Assembly: GCA_963719935.1 (NCBI GenBank)
Contig: CAVRDY010000016.1
Location: 165,577 to 229,576 of the forward strand
Length of the DNA stretch: 64,000 nucleotides
Direction: 5' to 3'
DNA from: an uncultured Actinomycetes bacterium
GTDB lineage: Bacteria; Actinomycetota; Acidimicrobiia; Acidimicrobiales; CAVRDY01
Both the position numbers and the translations under genes were made by a program. Positions 35,441-47,013 of this stretch are shown here, piece by piece (position 1 is the stretch's first letter; each line of letters starts with the position of its first letter). Under the pieces are notes generated by a model. It saw nothing but the letters and a program-made list of their open reading frames with translations. It did no database searches and was not told where the DNA came from.

Positions 35441-36948
35441 GCAGCGTGCGTCTCGACGCGCTGGTCAGGTCGATCCCCGGCCCCGATCGCCCGACGGTCA
35501 CCGGCGATGCCGGTGTCGAGGTGACCCGCGTCGACCATGACTCCCGACAGGTGGAACCAGGCAGTCTCTTCGCGTGCCTTCCCGGCCGCCACCACGACGG
35601 CCACGACTTCGCGACCACCGCAGTCGCGCGGGGTGCAGTGGCCCTGCTCTGCGGGCATCCGTTGAACCTGGGCGTGCCCCAGGTCGTCGTGGCCGACCCC
35701 CGTGGCGCACTCGGACCACTGGCGGCTCGGGTCGTGGGTGACCCGTCCCTTCACGGGCTCCGGGTCGTGGGGGTCACGGGAACCAATGCCAAGACGACCG
35801 TGGTGCACCTCACAGCCGCTGTGGCCTCCTCGGTGGGCAGGGGTGCACGGGCCATGGGGACGTTGACCGGACCTCGAACAACCCCCGAGGCCCCCGAGCT
35901 CCAGAGGGCCCTTCGTGATGCTCTCGACCACGGCGATCAGCTCGTGGTCATGGAGGTGTCCTCACACGCCTTGGCCCTGCACCGCGTGGACGGCACCCGC
36001 TTCGCGGTGGCGGCATTCACCAACCTCAGTCCTGAACATCTCGACTTCCACCGGGACATGGAGGACTACTACGCCTCCAAGGCGCGGCTGTTCACCCCCG
36101 AGCTGTCAGAGGTCGGCGTGGTCAACGTCGACGATCCCTGGGGTAGCCGCCTTCGCGAGGAAGCAACCATCCCGACGATCCCGGTGGGCCTCCACCTGCT
36201 GGAGGGTCTGGAGGTGGGCCTGGACCGCCTCTCGTGCACCTGGCGCGGGCACCCAGTCGTCGTGCCCCTCGGTGGACGGTTCAACGCCGAGAACGTGTTG
36301 ATGGCCGCCGAGGTGGCCGTGGCAACCGGGATCGAACCGTCCGAGGTGGCCCGGGCGCTGGGCCAGGTTCAGCCCGTCCCCGGTCGCTTCGAGGTGGTGG
36401 AAGGGGGCCAGCCCTTCGTGGTGGTCGTGGACTATGCCCACACCCCCGCGGGTCTGGAGAGGGTGCTCACCAACGCCCGGGAGCACACCACCGGGCGACT
36501 GGCGGTGGTCTTCGGTTGTGGCGGGGACCGTGATCGGGAGAAGCGACCGGCCATGGGAGCCGTAGCCGAGCGGATCGCCGACCGGGTCGTGGTGACCGAC
36601 GACAACCCTCGAAGCGAGGATCCGCACTCCATCGTTGCGGCCATCCTGGCGGGCATGGCCGAACCGTCCCGGGCCGTCGTGGTCCATGACCGCCGAGCCG
36701 CCATCGCCGACGCGCTGGCGGCTGCACGCGAGCATGACACCGTGGTCATCGCCGGCAAGGGACACGAACAGACCCAGGTCTTCGGCGACCAGAGCCGGCC
36801 CTTCGACGACCGGGTGGTGGCCCGGGACCTGCTGGCCACGACCGGCTACGCGGCAACAGGCGACGCCGGAAGTGACACCGGCGTTGACACCGACGGCAAG
36901 GCGTACGGTCGCTCAGGCGACCAGCCAGGCGAGACTTCCCCCGAATGA
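35437..36948 (+). CDS. murE: UDP-MurNAc-L-Ala-D-Glu:meso-DAP ligase MurE
   Basis: GVTGTNAKTT, DYAHTP and DNPRSEDP motifs. GTGA overlap with ftsI. Intact 503-aa ORF. Confidence 0.9.
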   Translation: MSSVRLDALVRSIPGPDRPTVTGDAGVEVTRVDHDSRQVEPGSLFACLPGRHHDGHDFATTAVARGAVALLCGHPLNLGVPQVVVADPRGALGPLAARVVGDPSLHGLRVVGVTGTNAKTTVVHLTAAVASSVGRGARAMGTLTGPRTTPEAPELQRALRDALDHGDQLVVMEVSSHALALHRVDGTRFAVAAFTNLSPEHLDFHRDMEDYYASKARLFTPELSEVGVVNVDDPWGSRLREEATIPTIPVGLHLLEGLEVGLDRLSCTWRGHPVVVPLGGRFNAENVLMAAEVAVATGIEPSEVARALGQVQPVPGRFEVVEGGQPFVVVVDYAHTPAGLERVLTNAREHTTGRLAVVFGCGGDRDREKRPAMGAVAERIADRVVVTDDNPRSEDPHSIVAAILAGMAEPSRAVVVHDRRAAIADALAAAREHDTVVIAGKGHEQTQVFGDQSRPFDDRVVARDLLATTGYAATGDAGSDTGVDTDGKAYGRSGDQPGETSPE

Positions 36949-37979
36949 TCCGCCTCCTGCTGGCCGCGGCCACCGCTCTTGCCCTGTCGCTCATTGGCAC
37001 CGCCCTGGTGATCCGGCTGCTGTCGCGCGCCGGTATCGGCCAGCCCATCCGCGAGGACGGTCCTTCTGGCCACCAGACCAAGGCCGGCACCCCCACCATG
37101 GGTGGTCTGGCGGTCGTGGGCGCGGCGCTGTTCGGCTACCTGGTCTCCGACATCTACGGGGGCATCTACACCCGCACCGGGATCATCGCCATGCTCACCA
37201 TGGCCACCGCAGGGATGGTGGGTCTGCTCGACGACTGGCTGAAGGTATCCAAGGCCCGCAACCTGGGTCTCAACAAGCGGGCCAAGAGCATCGGGCTGCT
37301 GGTGGTGGCGGGGGGGCATGCCGCCATGATCCTGGCCTTCACCGAACCCAGCACCACCTTGTCCTTCACCCGCTTCGACTCACCCGGCATCGAACTCGGA
37401 ACCTGGGGATGGGCTGCGGTCGCGGTGTTGCTGGTCATCGCAACAACCAACGCCGTGAACCTCACCGACGGGCTGGATGGTCTGGCGGCCGGCTCGGCTG
37501 CGTTGGGGTTCGCCGCCTTCGTCGTCATCGGCTTCTGGTCCTTCTCGAATCCCGAGATCTACCAGGTCGACCATGCCCTGGATCTGGCGGTCGTGGCCGC
37601 CTCGATGCTGGGTGCCACGACAGGGTTCCTCTGGTGGAACGCGGCCCCGGCCCGCATCTTCATGGGGGATACGGGATCTCTGGCCATCGGCGCGGCGCTG
37701 GCCTCTCTGGCCCTCAACCTGGATGTGATCCTGCTGCTACCCATCATCGGTGGGCTGTACGTCATGGAGACCACGAGCGTGATCCTCCAGGTGGGTACGT
37801 TCAGACTGCTCGGCGGCCGTCGTATCTTCCGGATGGCGCCGATACATCACCACTTCGAGCTGTTGGGCTGGCCCGAGACCACCGTGATCATCCGCTTCTG
37901 GATCATCGCGGGCATGTGCGCAGCGGTTGCCCTCGGGCTCTACTACGCCGACTTTGCAGCGCTGGAGCGCCTGCTGTGA
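36945..37979 (+). CDS. mraY: phospho-MurNAc-pentapeptide translocase MraY
   Basis: ATGA overlap with murE. NAVNLTDGLDGLA, FMGDTGSLA and APIHHHFE motifs. Intact. Confidence 0.9.
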   Translation: MIRLLLAAATALALSLIGTALVIRLLSRAGIGQPIREDGPSGHQTKAGTPTMGGLAVVGAALFGYLVSDIYGGIYTRTGIIAMLTMATAGMVGLLDDWLKVSKARNLGLNKRAKSIGLLVVAGGHAAMILAFTEPSTTLSFTRFDSPGIELGTWGWAAVAVLLVIATTNAVNLTDGLDGLAAGSAALGFAAFVVIGFWSFSNPEIYQVDHALDLAVVAASMLGATTGFLWWNAAPARIFMGDTGSLAIGAALASLALNLDVILLLPIIGGLYVMETTSVILQVGTFRLLGGRRIFRMAPIHHHFELLGWPETTVIIRFWIIAGMCAAVALGLYYADFAALERLL

Positions 37980-39332
37980 GCGAGGCCACCACCGCTGTTG
38001 CCCGGGTGCCTCACGGTCCCGCACTGGTCCTCGGGTTGGGTGTCTGTGGGCGGGCCGTTGCCGCCACGCTGGTGCGGTCGGGCAGGCCGGTGGTGGTGGT
38101 CGAGGACCATCCCCGCACCGAGCACCGTGTGACGGCAGACTTGCTCGGTGTGACTCTGGTGGATGCCCCGGATCCCGAGCGCTGGCCCGAGTTGGTGTCG
38201 GGTGCGTCCGTCCTGTTCCCGAGCCCAGGGGTCCCCGATGTCCATCCTGTGTTCGCGGCCGCCCGGGCGGCGGGCGTGCCGGTGCGCAGCGAGCTGGATC
38301 TGGCCGGCGCCCTCGACGACCGACCGGTCGTTGCAGTCACGGGAACCGACGGTAAGACGACGGTGACCGAGATGGTCACCCGCATGGTGGTGGCGGGAGG
38401 CCGGCGGGCGGTGACCGCTGGGCAACACCGAGATCCCACTCGTGGCTGCCATCGACGATCCTGTCCCTGAGGTGTTCGTGGTGGAGGCCTCTTCCTTCAG
38501 CCTGGGTCACACCCATCACTTCGTACCCGCGGTGGGCACGTGGTTGAACTTCGGACCCGACCACCAGGACGTCCACCGCGACCTGGCGGCGTACGAGGCG
38601 GCCAAGGCCCGGATCTGGGCCGACCTCGGAGGCGACCAGGTGGCCGTGGCCAACCGTGACGATCCTGTGGTCATGGGCAACCTGCCTCCCGGGGTTCCAG
38701 TGCGCACTTTCGGTCGCACCGACGGCGACTACCGGATGGAGCGGGGTCACCTCGTCGGCGAGGAGGGTCCGATCCTGGCGGTGGAGGAGCTCTCGCGCGA
38801 CCTGCCCCACGACATCTCGAACGCGCTGGCGGCCACCGCCACGGCCCGTGGAGTGGCGGTGGAGATGAGCGCGGTGGCAAGTGTGCTCCGCAGCTTCGAG
38901 CATCCGGCCCATCGGGTGCAGACCGTGGCCGAAGTGGCCGGAGTGCGCTGGGTGGACGACTCCAAGGCCACCACGCCCCATGCCACCCTCGCGGCGGTTG
39001 CCGGGTTCGGGTCGGTGGTGCTGGTGGCGGGTGGTCGCAACAAGGGTCTCGACCTCGTGGCTCTTCGGGCTGCGGTCCCACCGCGTTGCGGGCGGTGGTC
39101 GCCATCGGCGAAGCTGCCGACGAGCTCGTGCGAGGTTTTCGACGGAGTCGTCCCCGTCGTCACCGCCCAGTCGATGGACGACGCCGTCGACCGGGCCGCC
39201 ACCCTCGCCCGCTCCGGCGACACCGTGCTGCTGTCCCCGGCGTGCGCGTCCTTCGACTGGTACAGCTCCTACGCCGAACGGGGCCGGGACTTCACGGCTG
39301 CGGTGGGCCGACACTCGGGGAGCCTGCGGTGA
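37976..39332 (+). pseudogene. murD: UDP-MurNAc-L-Ala:D-Glu ligase MurD, at least 3 frameshifts as assembled
   Basis: GTGA overlap with mraY. VTGTDGKTT motif. Frame changes at the G-run 38420-38422 (+1), the C-run 39077-39079 (-1) and the T-run 39136-39139 (+1). The pieces lie in ORFs 36635.., 38442.. and 39086... Confidence 0.85.
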
Positions 39333-40512
39333 CCGTCACCCGGGTCGAGACCCGTGATCCCCGCCGACAGGCGCGTGGCGACAGAGGTGGTCGCCGCACC
39401 CGGCGGGTCAGCGGGCGTGGGCGGGCCACTTCGGCCTCGCTGGTCATGCTGGCCGTCATCGTGGTGCTCAACCTGATCGGCCTGGTCATGGTGCTCTCGG
39501 CCTCGTCGGTCACGGCCCTGTACGAGTACGGCTCATCCTGGCACTTCTTCCTGCGCCAAGCGGCCTGGGTGACCGCAGGCCTCCTGGCGCTGGTGGTGGT
39601 CATGCGGGTCGACTACCGCCGGTGGCAGGCCGCTGGCCACCGCCCTTGTCGTTCTGTCCATGTTGCTACTGGTGGCCGTGCTGACCGTCGGTGTCGAGGT
39701 CAACGGCGCCCGTCGCTGGCTGGGTACCGATCCATCTGGCGGTCCAGCCCTCCGAGTTCGCCAAGCTCGCCCTCGTGCTGTTCGTGGCGGACCTCCTGGC
39801 CCGCCGTGCCGACAAGATGGGGCGCGGCGACGCACCCTCCACCCGGTGCTGGTGGTGCTCGGGGATGGTCGCGGCCTGGTCATGCTGCAGCCCAACCTCG
39901 GCACCACGATGTTGCTCGTCGCCATCGCGCTGCACCCTGATGTTCGTGGCAGGAACCCCTCTGCGTAGCCTGGCCGGGCTCCTGGCCCTGGCCGGGGGCT
40001 GCGGTCGCCGCCCTGGCCCTGGCGGCTCCCTACCGCCGGGCCCGGCTGACGGCCTTCCTCGATCCCGTGGGCCGACCCGCAGAACACCGGCTACCAGACC
40101 ATCCAGTCGATGACGGCCATCGCCACCGGAGGGCTGTTCGGGCAGTGGACTGGGTGCGGGCCGGGCCAAGTGGGAGTTCCTCCCCGAGGCCCACACCGAC
40201 TTCATCTTCTCGATCATCGCCGAGGAGCTCGGCCTGGTCGGGGCGCTGCTGGTGCTGGCCCTGTTCGTCGACCTTTGCGCGTGCTTCGGGTCGCGGACCG
40301 CGCTGCGGGCCCCCGATCGCTTCGGCATGCTCGTGGCCGCGGGGATCACCGCCTGGATGTCGTACAGGCGGTGGTGAACCTCGGAGCTGTGCTGGGCGTG
40401 CTGCCCGATCACCGGCGTGCCGCTGCCCTTCGTGTCCTTCGGGGGTCCGCCATGCTCGTGACCATGGCTCGCCACCGGCATGCTGCTGAACATCGCCCGA
40501 CAGTCGGACTGA
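39329..40512 (+). pseudogene. ftsW: SEDS-family lipid II flippase/glycosyltransferase FtsW, multiple frameshifts
   Basis: GTGA overlap with murD. Conserved pieces are spread over three frames (LSASSVTALYEYGSSWHFF, QPSEFAKLALVLFVADLL, QPNLGTTMLL, GVPLPFVSFGGSAML). Stop TGA at 40510-40512. Confidence 0.8.
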
Positions 40513-41634
40513 TGGCACCCACCTGGTGCGTCATCGCCGGCGGCGGGACCGCCGGCCACCTCCTGCCCGGGCCTGGCGGTGGCAGAGGAGTTGGTGCGCC
40601 GGGGCCATGCCCGCAGTGCCATCCACTTCGTCGTGAGCGAACGGCCGATCGATCGCCGCTCGTGGCCGAGGCGTCCGGCTTCGACTTCACCACCCTTCCC
40701 GGGCGGGGCATCCAACGCCGTCTCACGCTCGAGAACCTGGCGGCGGCATGGGGGCTGATGCAGCGCCTTCTCCCAGGCGGTTCGGCTCTTCGCGCCGCGA
40801 GCGCCCCTCGGTGGTCCTGGCCGTGGGTGGCTACGCCAGCATCGCCTGTGCGGTCGGCGGCTCGACTGCTGCGGGATTCCCTTGGTCGTGGCCGAGCAGA
40901 ACGCCCGGGCCGGTTGGGCCAACCGGGTGGCAGGTCGCTTTGCACGGTGCCTGTTCCGTTGCCTTCGAAGGCACCGACCTTCCTCGGGCCATGGTCACCG
41001 GGAATCCCGGTGCGCTCCGAGATCCTCGCCGTCGACCGGGCGCCGACCGCGCGGCAGCCCGCCAGGCATTGGGCCTACCCCCGCGATCGGGTGGTCGTCC
41101 TGGTCTTCGCGGGTTCCCTGGGTGCCCGGCACGATCAACGATCGCCGTCTGCGGAACGGCCTCGCGACGTGGCGGGACCGCTCCGATCGTGGCGATCCGC
41201 CACGTCATCGGGATCGCGACTGGGAGCCTCGCACCCATCGTGGCCGATCTGAGTGACGGTGCCCTCCGTTACCAGGCGGTTCGTACGAAGGACGACATGC
41301 CCATCGCGTTGGCTGCAGCCGACGTGGCGGTGTGCCGAGCGGGGGGGACCACGGTGGCCGAGTTGGCCGTCGTGGGCCTGCCGGCGGTACTGGTTCCGCT
41401 CCCGATCGCCACCCGGGACCATCAGAGCGCCAACGCGGCGCAGCTGGTCGAGGCCGGTGCCGCGAGGCTGGTGCCGGATGCCGCGCTCGACCGCCGATCG
41501 CCTCCGGACCGAGCTCGAAGCGATGACCGACGATTCACCGACCCGCCAGGCGATGGCCGCTGCAGCCAGGAGCTGTGGGCGGCCGAACGCGGGGTCGCGG
41601 GTCGCCGATCTCCTGGAGGTGCCAAGCTCGGTGA
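40513..41634 (+). pseudogene. murG: UDP-GlcNAc:lipid I transferase MurG, multiple frameshifts; 3' boundary approximate
   Basis: ATG 40513 follows directly after the ftsW stop. MAPTWCVIAGGGTAGHLLPG at the N-terminus and RAGGTTVAELAVVGLPAVLVPLPIATRDHQSANA in another frame. Confidence 0.8.
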
Positions 41635-43033
41635 GCGCGGAGACTGTCGACCTCAACGACACCGGGTTCGTTCCACGTCGTCGGTATCGGCGGATCAGGG
41701 ATGAGTGCCATCGCCGAGGTGCTGGTGGCGCATGGGCCACCGGGTGTCGGGGCGCGACCTGAGCGATGTCCGTGACCGCTCGATCGGCTCCGTGCCTGGG
41801 TGTGACCGTGTTCGTCGGGCACTCCGCCGCCAACGTCGGGTGAGGCCGAGGTCGTGACTGCATCGACGGCGATCCAGCCGCACCAACCCCGAGGTCCGGG
41901 CCGGCTGGAGCGCGGTATCCCCGTGTTGGCCCGAGCCGAGATCCTGTCCGCCATCACCGCGCACCCGTCGGACGGTCGCGGTGGCGGGAACCCATGGCAA
42001 GACGACGACCTCGTCGATGCTGGCCCTGGCCTTGCGGGCAGCCGGCTGGTCGCCCGTCGTTCATCATCGGCGGCGACCTGAACGAGGTGGGGTCGGGGGC
42101 GGTGTGGGAGAGGGTGAGTGGTTGGTGGTCGAGGCCGACGAGAGCGATGGCACGTTCCTGACCCTCGACGCCGAGGCCGCGATGCTCACTTCGACGGAGC
42201 CGGACCATCTGGCCCACTACGGCAGCGTGGAGGCCCTTCGGTCCGCCTTCGAGCAGTTCGTGGCCGGGCGGCCAGGACCGGTCGTCGTCTGCGCCGACGA
42301 GCCGACCGGCCCGGGCCATGGCCGATAGCCACGGGCGTGCGTCACCTATGGGACGCGATCCCGATCGACCGGATATCGCATCACCGACGTCGTAGCCGAT
42401 GGGGTCAGCTCGTCCTTCCCGTCGTGTGCGCCGGCGACACCGAGCTGGGCCGGATCGAGCTACCGGTGCCCGGGGTGCACAACGCCCGCAACGCCACCGG
42501 TGCCCTGGCCCTGGCTCACAGCCTCGGTGCTCCTGCCGATGCGGTCGCTGCGAGCGCTGGCCCGCTTCGCCGGTGTCGCTCGTACGGTTCCAGTTCCGAG
42601 GGACGAGCCGGGTGACGTGACCTTCGTCGACGACTACGCGCACCTCCCCCTGGAGGTGGCGGCCGCAGTGGCGGCCGCCCGGGAGGGCCGATGGGCCCGG
42701 GTGGTCTGCGTCTTCCAGCCCCATCGGTACAGCCGTACCGCGTCGCTCTGGCAGGACTTTGCAGACTCGTTCATCGATGCCGACATCTTGGCGATCACGG
42801 ACGTCTATCCGGCGGGGGAGCGACCTCGACCCGGCGTGTCGGGCCGCCTGGTCGTCAACGCCGTGCTCGACGCCCACCCCTGGAGCTCGGTCGCCTATGT
42901 TCCCCGACGAACTGACCAGCAGGCCTATCTGGCGTCGGTGCTCCGCTCGGGCGATCTGTGCCTGACACTCGGCGCGGGTGACCTGACCTCGCTACCCGAT
43001 GACCTGCGCCCGACCCTGGCAGGTGTCCCATGA
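41631..43033 (+). pseudogene. murC: UDP-MurNAc:L-Ala ligase MurC, multiple frameshifts; 5' boundary approximate
   Basis: GIGGSGMSAIAEVL-type N-terminus (read across frames), AGTHGKTTTSSM, and DDYAHLP..FQPHRYSRT in ORF 42500..43033. Confidence 0.8.
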
Positions 43034-43968
43034 GCGTGGTCGAGGAGGCACTGGAGCTTCTGGGTCCCATGGCACGGGCCGATGTCCCGCTCGGCCCGCT
43101 CACCACGTATCGGGTCGGCGGGGCAGCCGCGGTATTGGTGGAGGCCGAGGATGTGGCGGCGCTGGCGCAGACCTCCGTCGCGGCACGGGGCCACCGGCTT
43201 GCCGCTGCTGGTCGTGGGCAACGGCTCGAACCTGCTTGGTGGCCGACGACGGCTTCGCGGGGATCGCCGTACGTCTCGGATCCGAGTTCGGCGAGTGGAC
43301 ATCGCCGGGTCCGACGGTGCGGGCCGGGCGGAGTCGGCGCTGCTTGCCCGTCGTGGCACGGCGCACCGCGGCCGCCGGTCTGCGCGGGTTCGAGTGGGCG
43401 GTGGGCGTTCCCGGATCGATCGGTGGTGCGGTGCGCATGAACGCCGGCGGGCACGGGTCCGACATGGCGAGTGCCTCGGTCGGGTCCGCGTCGTCGACCT
43501 GCGCACCGGCGACGATGACGTGGTGACCGCAGCCGACCTCGACCTGGGCTACCGCCACTCGTCGGTGCGCAGCCGACCAGGTCGTGCTCTGGGCGGAGCT
43601 GGTGCTGGCGCCCGGTGATCGCCGGGGCGGAGGCCGCAGATCGCCGAGATCGTCGCGCTGGCGTCGGAGCACCAGCCCGGTGGAGCGAACGCCGGTTCGG
43701 TGTTCACCAACCCGCCCGGCGACGCCGCTGGCCGCCTGATCGACGCCGCGGGCTGCCGGGGCATGCGGCATCGGTACCGCGGAGGTCTCGACCAAGCACG
43801 CCAACTTCATCCAGGCCGACGAGGGAGGGCGTGCCGAGGACGTGTACGCACACTGATGCTCGCAGGTGACACGGACGGGTTCGCGCGGAGCGCCGGCGTC
43901 GAGCTCGTTCCCGAGACCCGCCTGGTGGGCTTCGACCCCGCTCGGAGTGGGCCGGGGACCCAGGCTGA
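43030..43968 (+). pseudogene. murB: UDP-N-acetylenolpyruvoylglucosamine reductase MurB, multiple frameshifts; 3' end approximate
   Basis: ATGA overlap with mur[42 protein letters not shown] and ELVPETRLVGF lie in different frames. Confidence 0.7.
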
Positions 43969-43969
43969 C

Positions 43970-44836
43970 GTGCGATCGGCCCGCGACGATCGACCCCCGA
44001 GCCAGCGACCACGACGCCACCGTGGGGCCCGGGATCCAGCCGCCGGCCGCGACGGCTCGACGGCATCGCGCGCTGCGGGCCGGCTGGCAGCGATGGCCGT
44101 CGTGGGTTCTGCCGTGGCTCGCTCGCCAGGAGCCGCCCTGCTCGATGTGGATCGAATCGAGGTCACAGGTGCCACGCATACGGGCACCGACGCCGTGCTC
44201 GGCGTACTGGGATCGCGCCGGGGGACCGATGATCGACGTCGAGCCGGGCAGGCCCGCGGTGCCGTGGCAAGGCTGCCCTGGGTCGCGTCGGTCTCGGTGG
44301 ACGCGTTCCTGGCCGTCGCACGGTCGGGTGGTGATCGACGAGCGCGGCGCCCGTGGCCGTCGTCGGTGGCGAGGAGGCAGTGGCACCGCCTGGACGGCCT
44401 GGCCGTGTCCTGGCTACCAGCCGCGGAGTCCCGTCCGGATCTCATCCTGGTTGAGGGGGCTGTCGCCGGTGGCCGTGGGTGAGGTGGTCTCGGGTCCGGA
44501 CCGGCTGGACGATCTCCTCCATGTCGCTGCGGCGATGCCACCCGAGCTACGGGCCGAGGTCGACCGCGTACGGCTTGGTCCCGAGGGCGAGGTGGAGCTG
44601 GGGGTGATTCCCGTGGCGGAGGGTCCGGTTGGGAGACACCACGCCAGCTAGACCAGAAGTTGGCCGCCGGGGAGGTGTTGTTCCACCAGGTCGATGACCG
44701 CTGCATCGTGGTCATGGACCTCCGCGTTCCTGAGGCCCCGACGGTCGCCCGCGACCCGGCCTGTGCAGGGCCCGGACGTGACGATGTGGCAGATCCGAGC
44801 GCCGACGGAGGTCACTGCGTTCCCAGCAGCGGCTGA
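43970..44836 (+). pseudogene. ftsQ: cell division protein FtsQ (POTRA domain), multiple frameshifts; boundaries approximate
   Basis: IDPR motif, LLDVDRIEVTGATHTG (POTRA), LPWVASVSV. The C-terminal piece KLAAGEVLFHQVDDRCIVVMDLRVPEAPTV is read past the apparent stop at 44651 and ends at TGA 44834-44836. Confidence 0.6.
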
Positions 44837-44857
44837 GAGTGTGCTCCAGATTGGCCA

Positions 44858-44888
44858 TTGACTTTCCCCAGGAACCTGTGGTTAAAGT
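44858..44888 (+). promoter_or_regulatory. candidate ftsZ promoter (TTGACT ... TAAAGT) in a locally AT-rich spacer
   Basis: TTGACT at 44858-44863 and TAAAGT at 44883-44888. The 19-nt spacer is slightly long. This is the only AT-rich stretch in the ftsQ-ftsZ gap. Confidence 0.3.
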
Positions 44889-45118
44889 GTCACGCGCAAT
44901 CGGAGGTTGACATAACGTTCAACCAACGGTTGAGGGTATGGGGCACCTCGACTCCAGGTCAGAAGGTCACCGGCAGGCCGGGACTGCATCAGCGTCTCGA
45001 GGGACTCCGGGCGGACGTCTCCGAACCCATGTCCGACATGCCAGACCGAGGAGGTCCGAGGTCGTGCCCGAACTCTTCGATACCAACGAGAGCACCAACC
45101 GGGAGGTGGTGAGCACCC

Positions 45119-46270
45119 ATGTCCGAACCCCCAGAACTACCTGGCGGTCATCAAGGTGGTCGGCGTCGGCGGCGGCGGCGTGAACGCCGTCAACCGCATG
45201 ATCGACGCCGGCCTGAAGGGCGTCGAGTTCATCGCCGTGAACACCGACGCCCAGGCGCTGCTGATGAGCGACGCCGACGTCAAGATCGACATCGGCCGCG
45301 AGCTGACCCGCGGCCTCGGTGCCGGCATCCGATCCCGAGGTCGGCCGTCAGGCGGCCGAGGAGCACCGCGAGGAGATCGAGCAGGTCCTCGCGGGCGCCG
45401 ACATGGTCTTCATCACCGCCGGCGAGGGTGGTGGCACCGGTACCGGTGCCGCCCCGGTGGTCGCCGAGATGGCCAAGACCATGGGTGCGCTCACCATCGG
45501 CGTGGTCACCCGGCCGTTCTGCTTCGAGGGTCGCCGCCGCGCGGTGCAGGCCGAGCAGGGCATCCAGAAGCTCAAGGAGAAGGTCGACACCCAGATCGTC
45601 ATCCCCAACGACCGGCTGCTCACCGTCTCCAACGACAAGACCTCGGTGCTCAACGCCTTCAAGATGGCCGACGAGGTCCTGCTCCAGGGCGTGCAGGGCA
45701 TCACCGACCTGATCACCACCCCGGGTCTCATCAACACCGACTTCGCCGACGTGAAGATGATCATGAGCGACGCCGGGTCGGCCCTCATGGGCATCGGCTA
45801 CGCCTCCGGTGAGGGACGGGCGCTCAACGCGGCGCGCGGCGCCATCTCCAGCCCGCTGCTCGAGGCCTCGATCGAGGGAGCCCGGGGGATCCTGCTCACC
45901 ATCGCCGGCGGCAGCGACCTCGGCCTGTTCGAGGTCAACGAGGCCGCCGAGGTCATCCACGGCGTGGCCCATCCCGACGCCAACATCATCTTCGGCACCG
46001 TCGATCGACGACGAGATGGGCGACGAGGTGCGGGTCACGGTCATCGCCGCCGGCTTCGACCGCTGGGACGAGAGCCGGACAAGCGAAGCGAGGCGCCGGC
46101 CAAGAAGGTGGTCAAGAAGCGACCGGCTCCTGAGCCGACACCGGTACCTGCGGGCGCCGCCGCCGGTGCCGCCCGGACCCGGCATCCCCTGGAGCCGACC
46201 GACGTCACCGGTGGAGGAGACGACCTCGACGACGGATGACGACTTCGACGTGCCGTCGTTCCTGAAGTAG
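45119..46270 (+). pseudogene. ftsZ: cell division GTPase FtsZ, at least 3 (probably 5) frameshifts as assembled
   Basis: ATG 45119 with GGGAGG upstream. The C5 run at 45128-45132 has one extra C; removing it gives [25 protein letters not shown] further indel lies near 45327 (GLGAG/SDPEVG) and another near 46000 ([21 protein letters not shown]). [10 protein letters not shown] and NTDFADV are intact. C-terminal end reads [11 protein letters not shown]. Confidence 0.9.
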
Positions 46271-46301
46271 CGCTGGCACCGAACCCCGCGAGGCGTGGAC
46301 C

Positions 46302-47013
46302 ATGCCCGTGGAGGTGCATCGCTCGCCCTGACGGGTGGTGGCGGCCCGGGTCGTCGTGACCGGACAGGGCCGACGGCGACCTACGGGTTGACGGCCCGCC
46401 GGCGGCAGCTCGGCACGCCGGCGGGCCGTCCGTCGATCGACCCGTGGGTCTGGCTCGACCAGGTCCACGGCGCGGAAGTGGTCGACGGCGACGCTCGTCG
46501 ACGGTGCGGTGCCCGCGCTGACGCCGTCGTGATCACCCGCTCCGCGAGGGTCGCCCTGCTGTACACACCGCGGACTGCGTGCCGGTGGCTCTCGTCGGCG
46601 CCCGACACAGGCGATGTGGCCGCGGTTCATGCCGGCTGGCGAGGCCTGGCATGCCGGGGTCATCGAAGCGGCAGTAGCCGCGGTAGCCGGCGGTCCCGTG
46701 GTCGAAGAGGACGGTGCGACCATGGCGCTCGTCGGTCCCTGCATCTCCGCGCTCTGCTACGACTTCGGTGCCGACGACCTGGACACCGTGGTCGTGCGGT
46801 ACGGCGTCGCGGTGCGGGCTCGGACGCGCGACGGTGGGCCGGCCCTCGATCTGCCGGGCCGGCGTGTGCCGGCCCTGTCAGCGTGCCGGTGTCGGTCGAG
46901 ATCGAGGTCTCCGGTCATTGCACCGGTCCTGTGATCCGGACCTCTCTTCAGCCACCGGCTCGGCGGGGACCGGCAACGCCAGGCACTGCGTGGTGTGGCT
47001 CGAGGAGCAGTGA
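46302..47013 (+). pseudogene. pgeF: PgeF/YfiH-family (laccase-domain) peptidoglycan editing factor, multiple frameshifts
   Basis: LDQVHGAEVV, AAVHAGWRG, VGPCISALCYDFG and a ..VVWLEEQ end lie in three frames. The 5' end is approximate. Confidence 0.7.

Noticed and set aside
44858-45112. 84-aa ORF in the ftsQ-ftsZ spacer
   Set aside because: It starts inside the AT-rich promoter-like region, has no RBS or leaderless signature and atypical composition, and overlaps the ftsZ RBS. It is more likely untranslated leader sequence.
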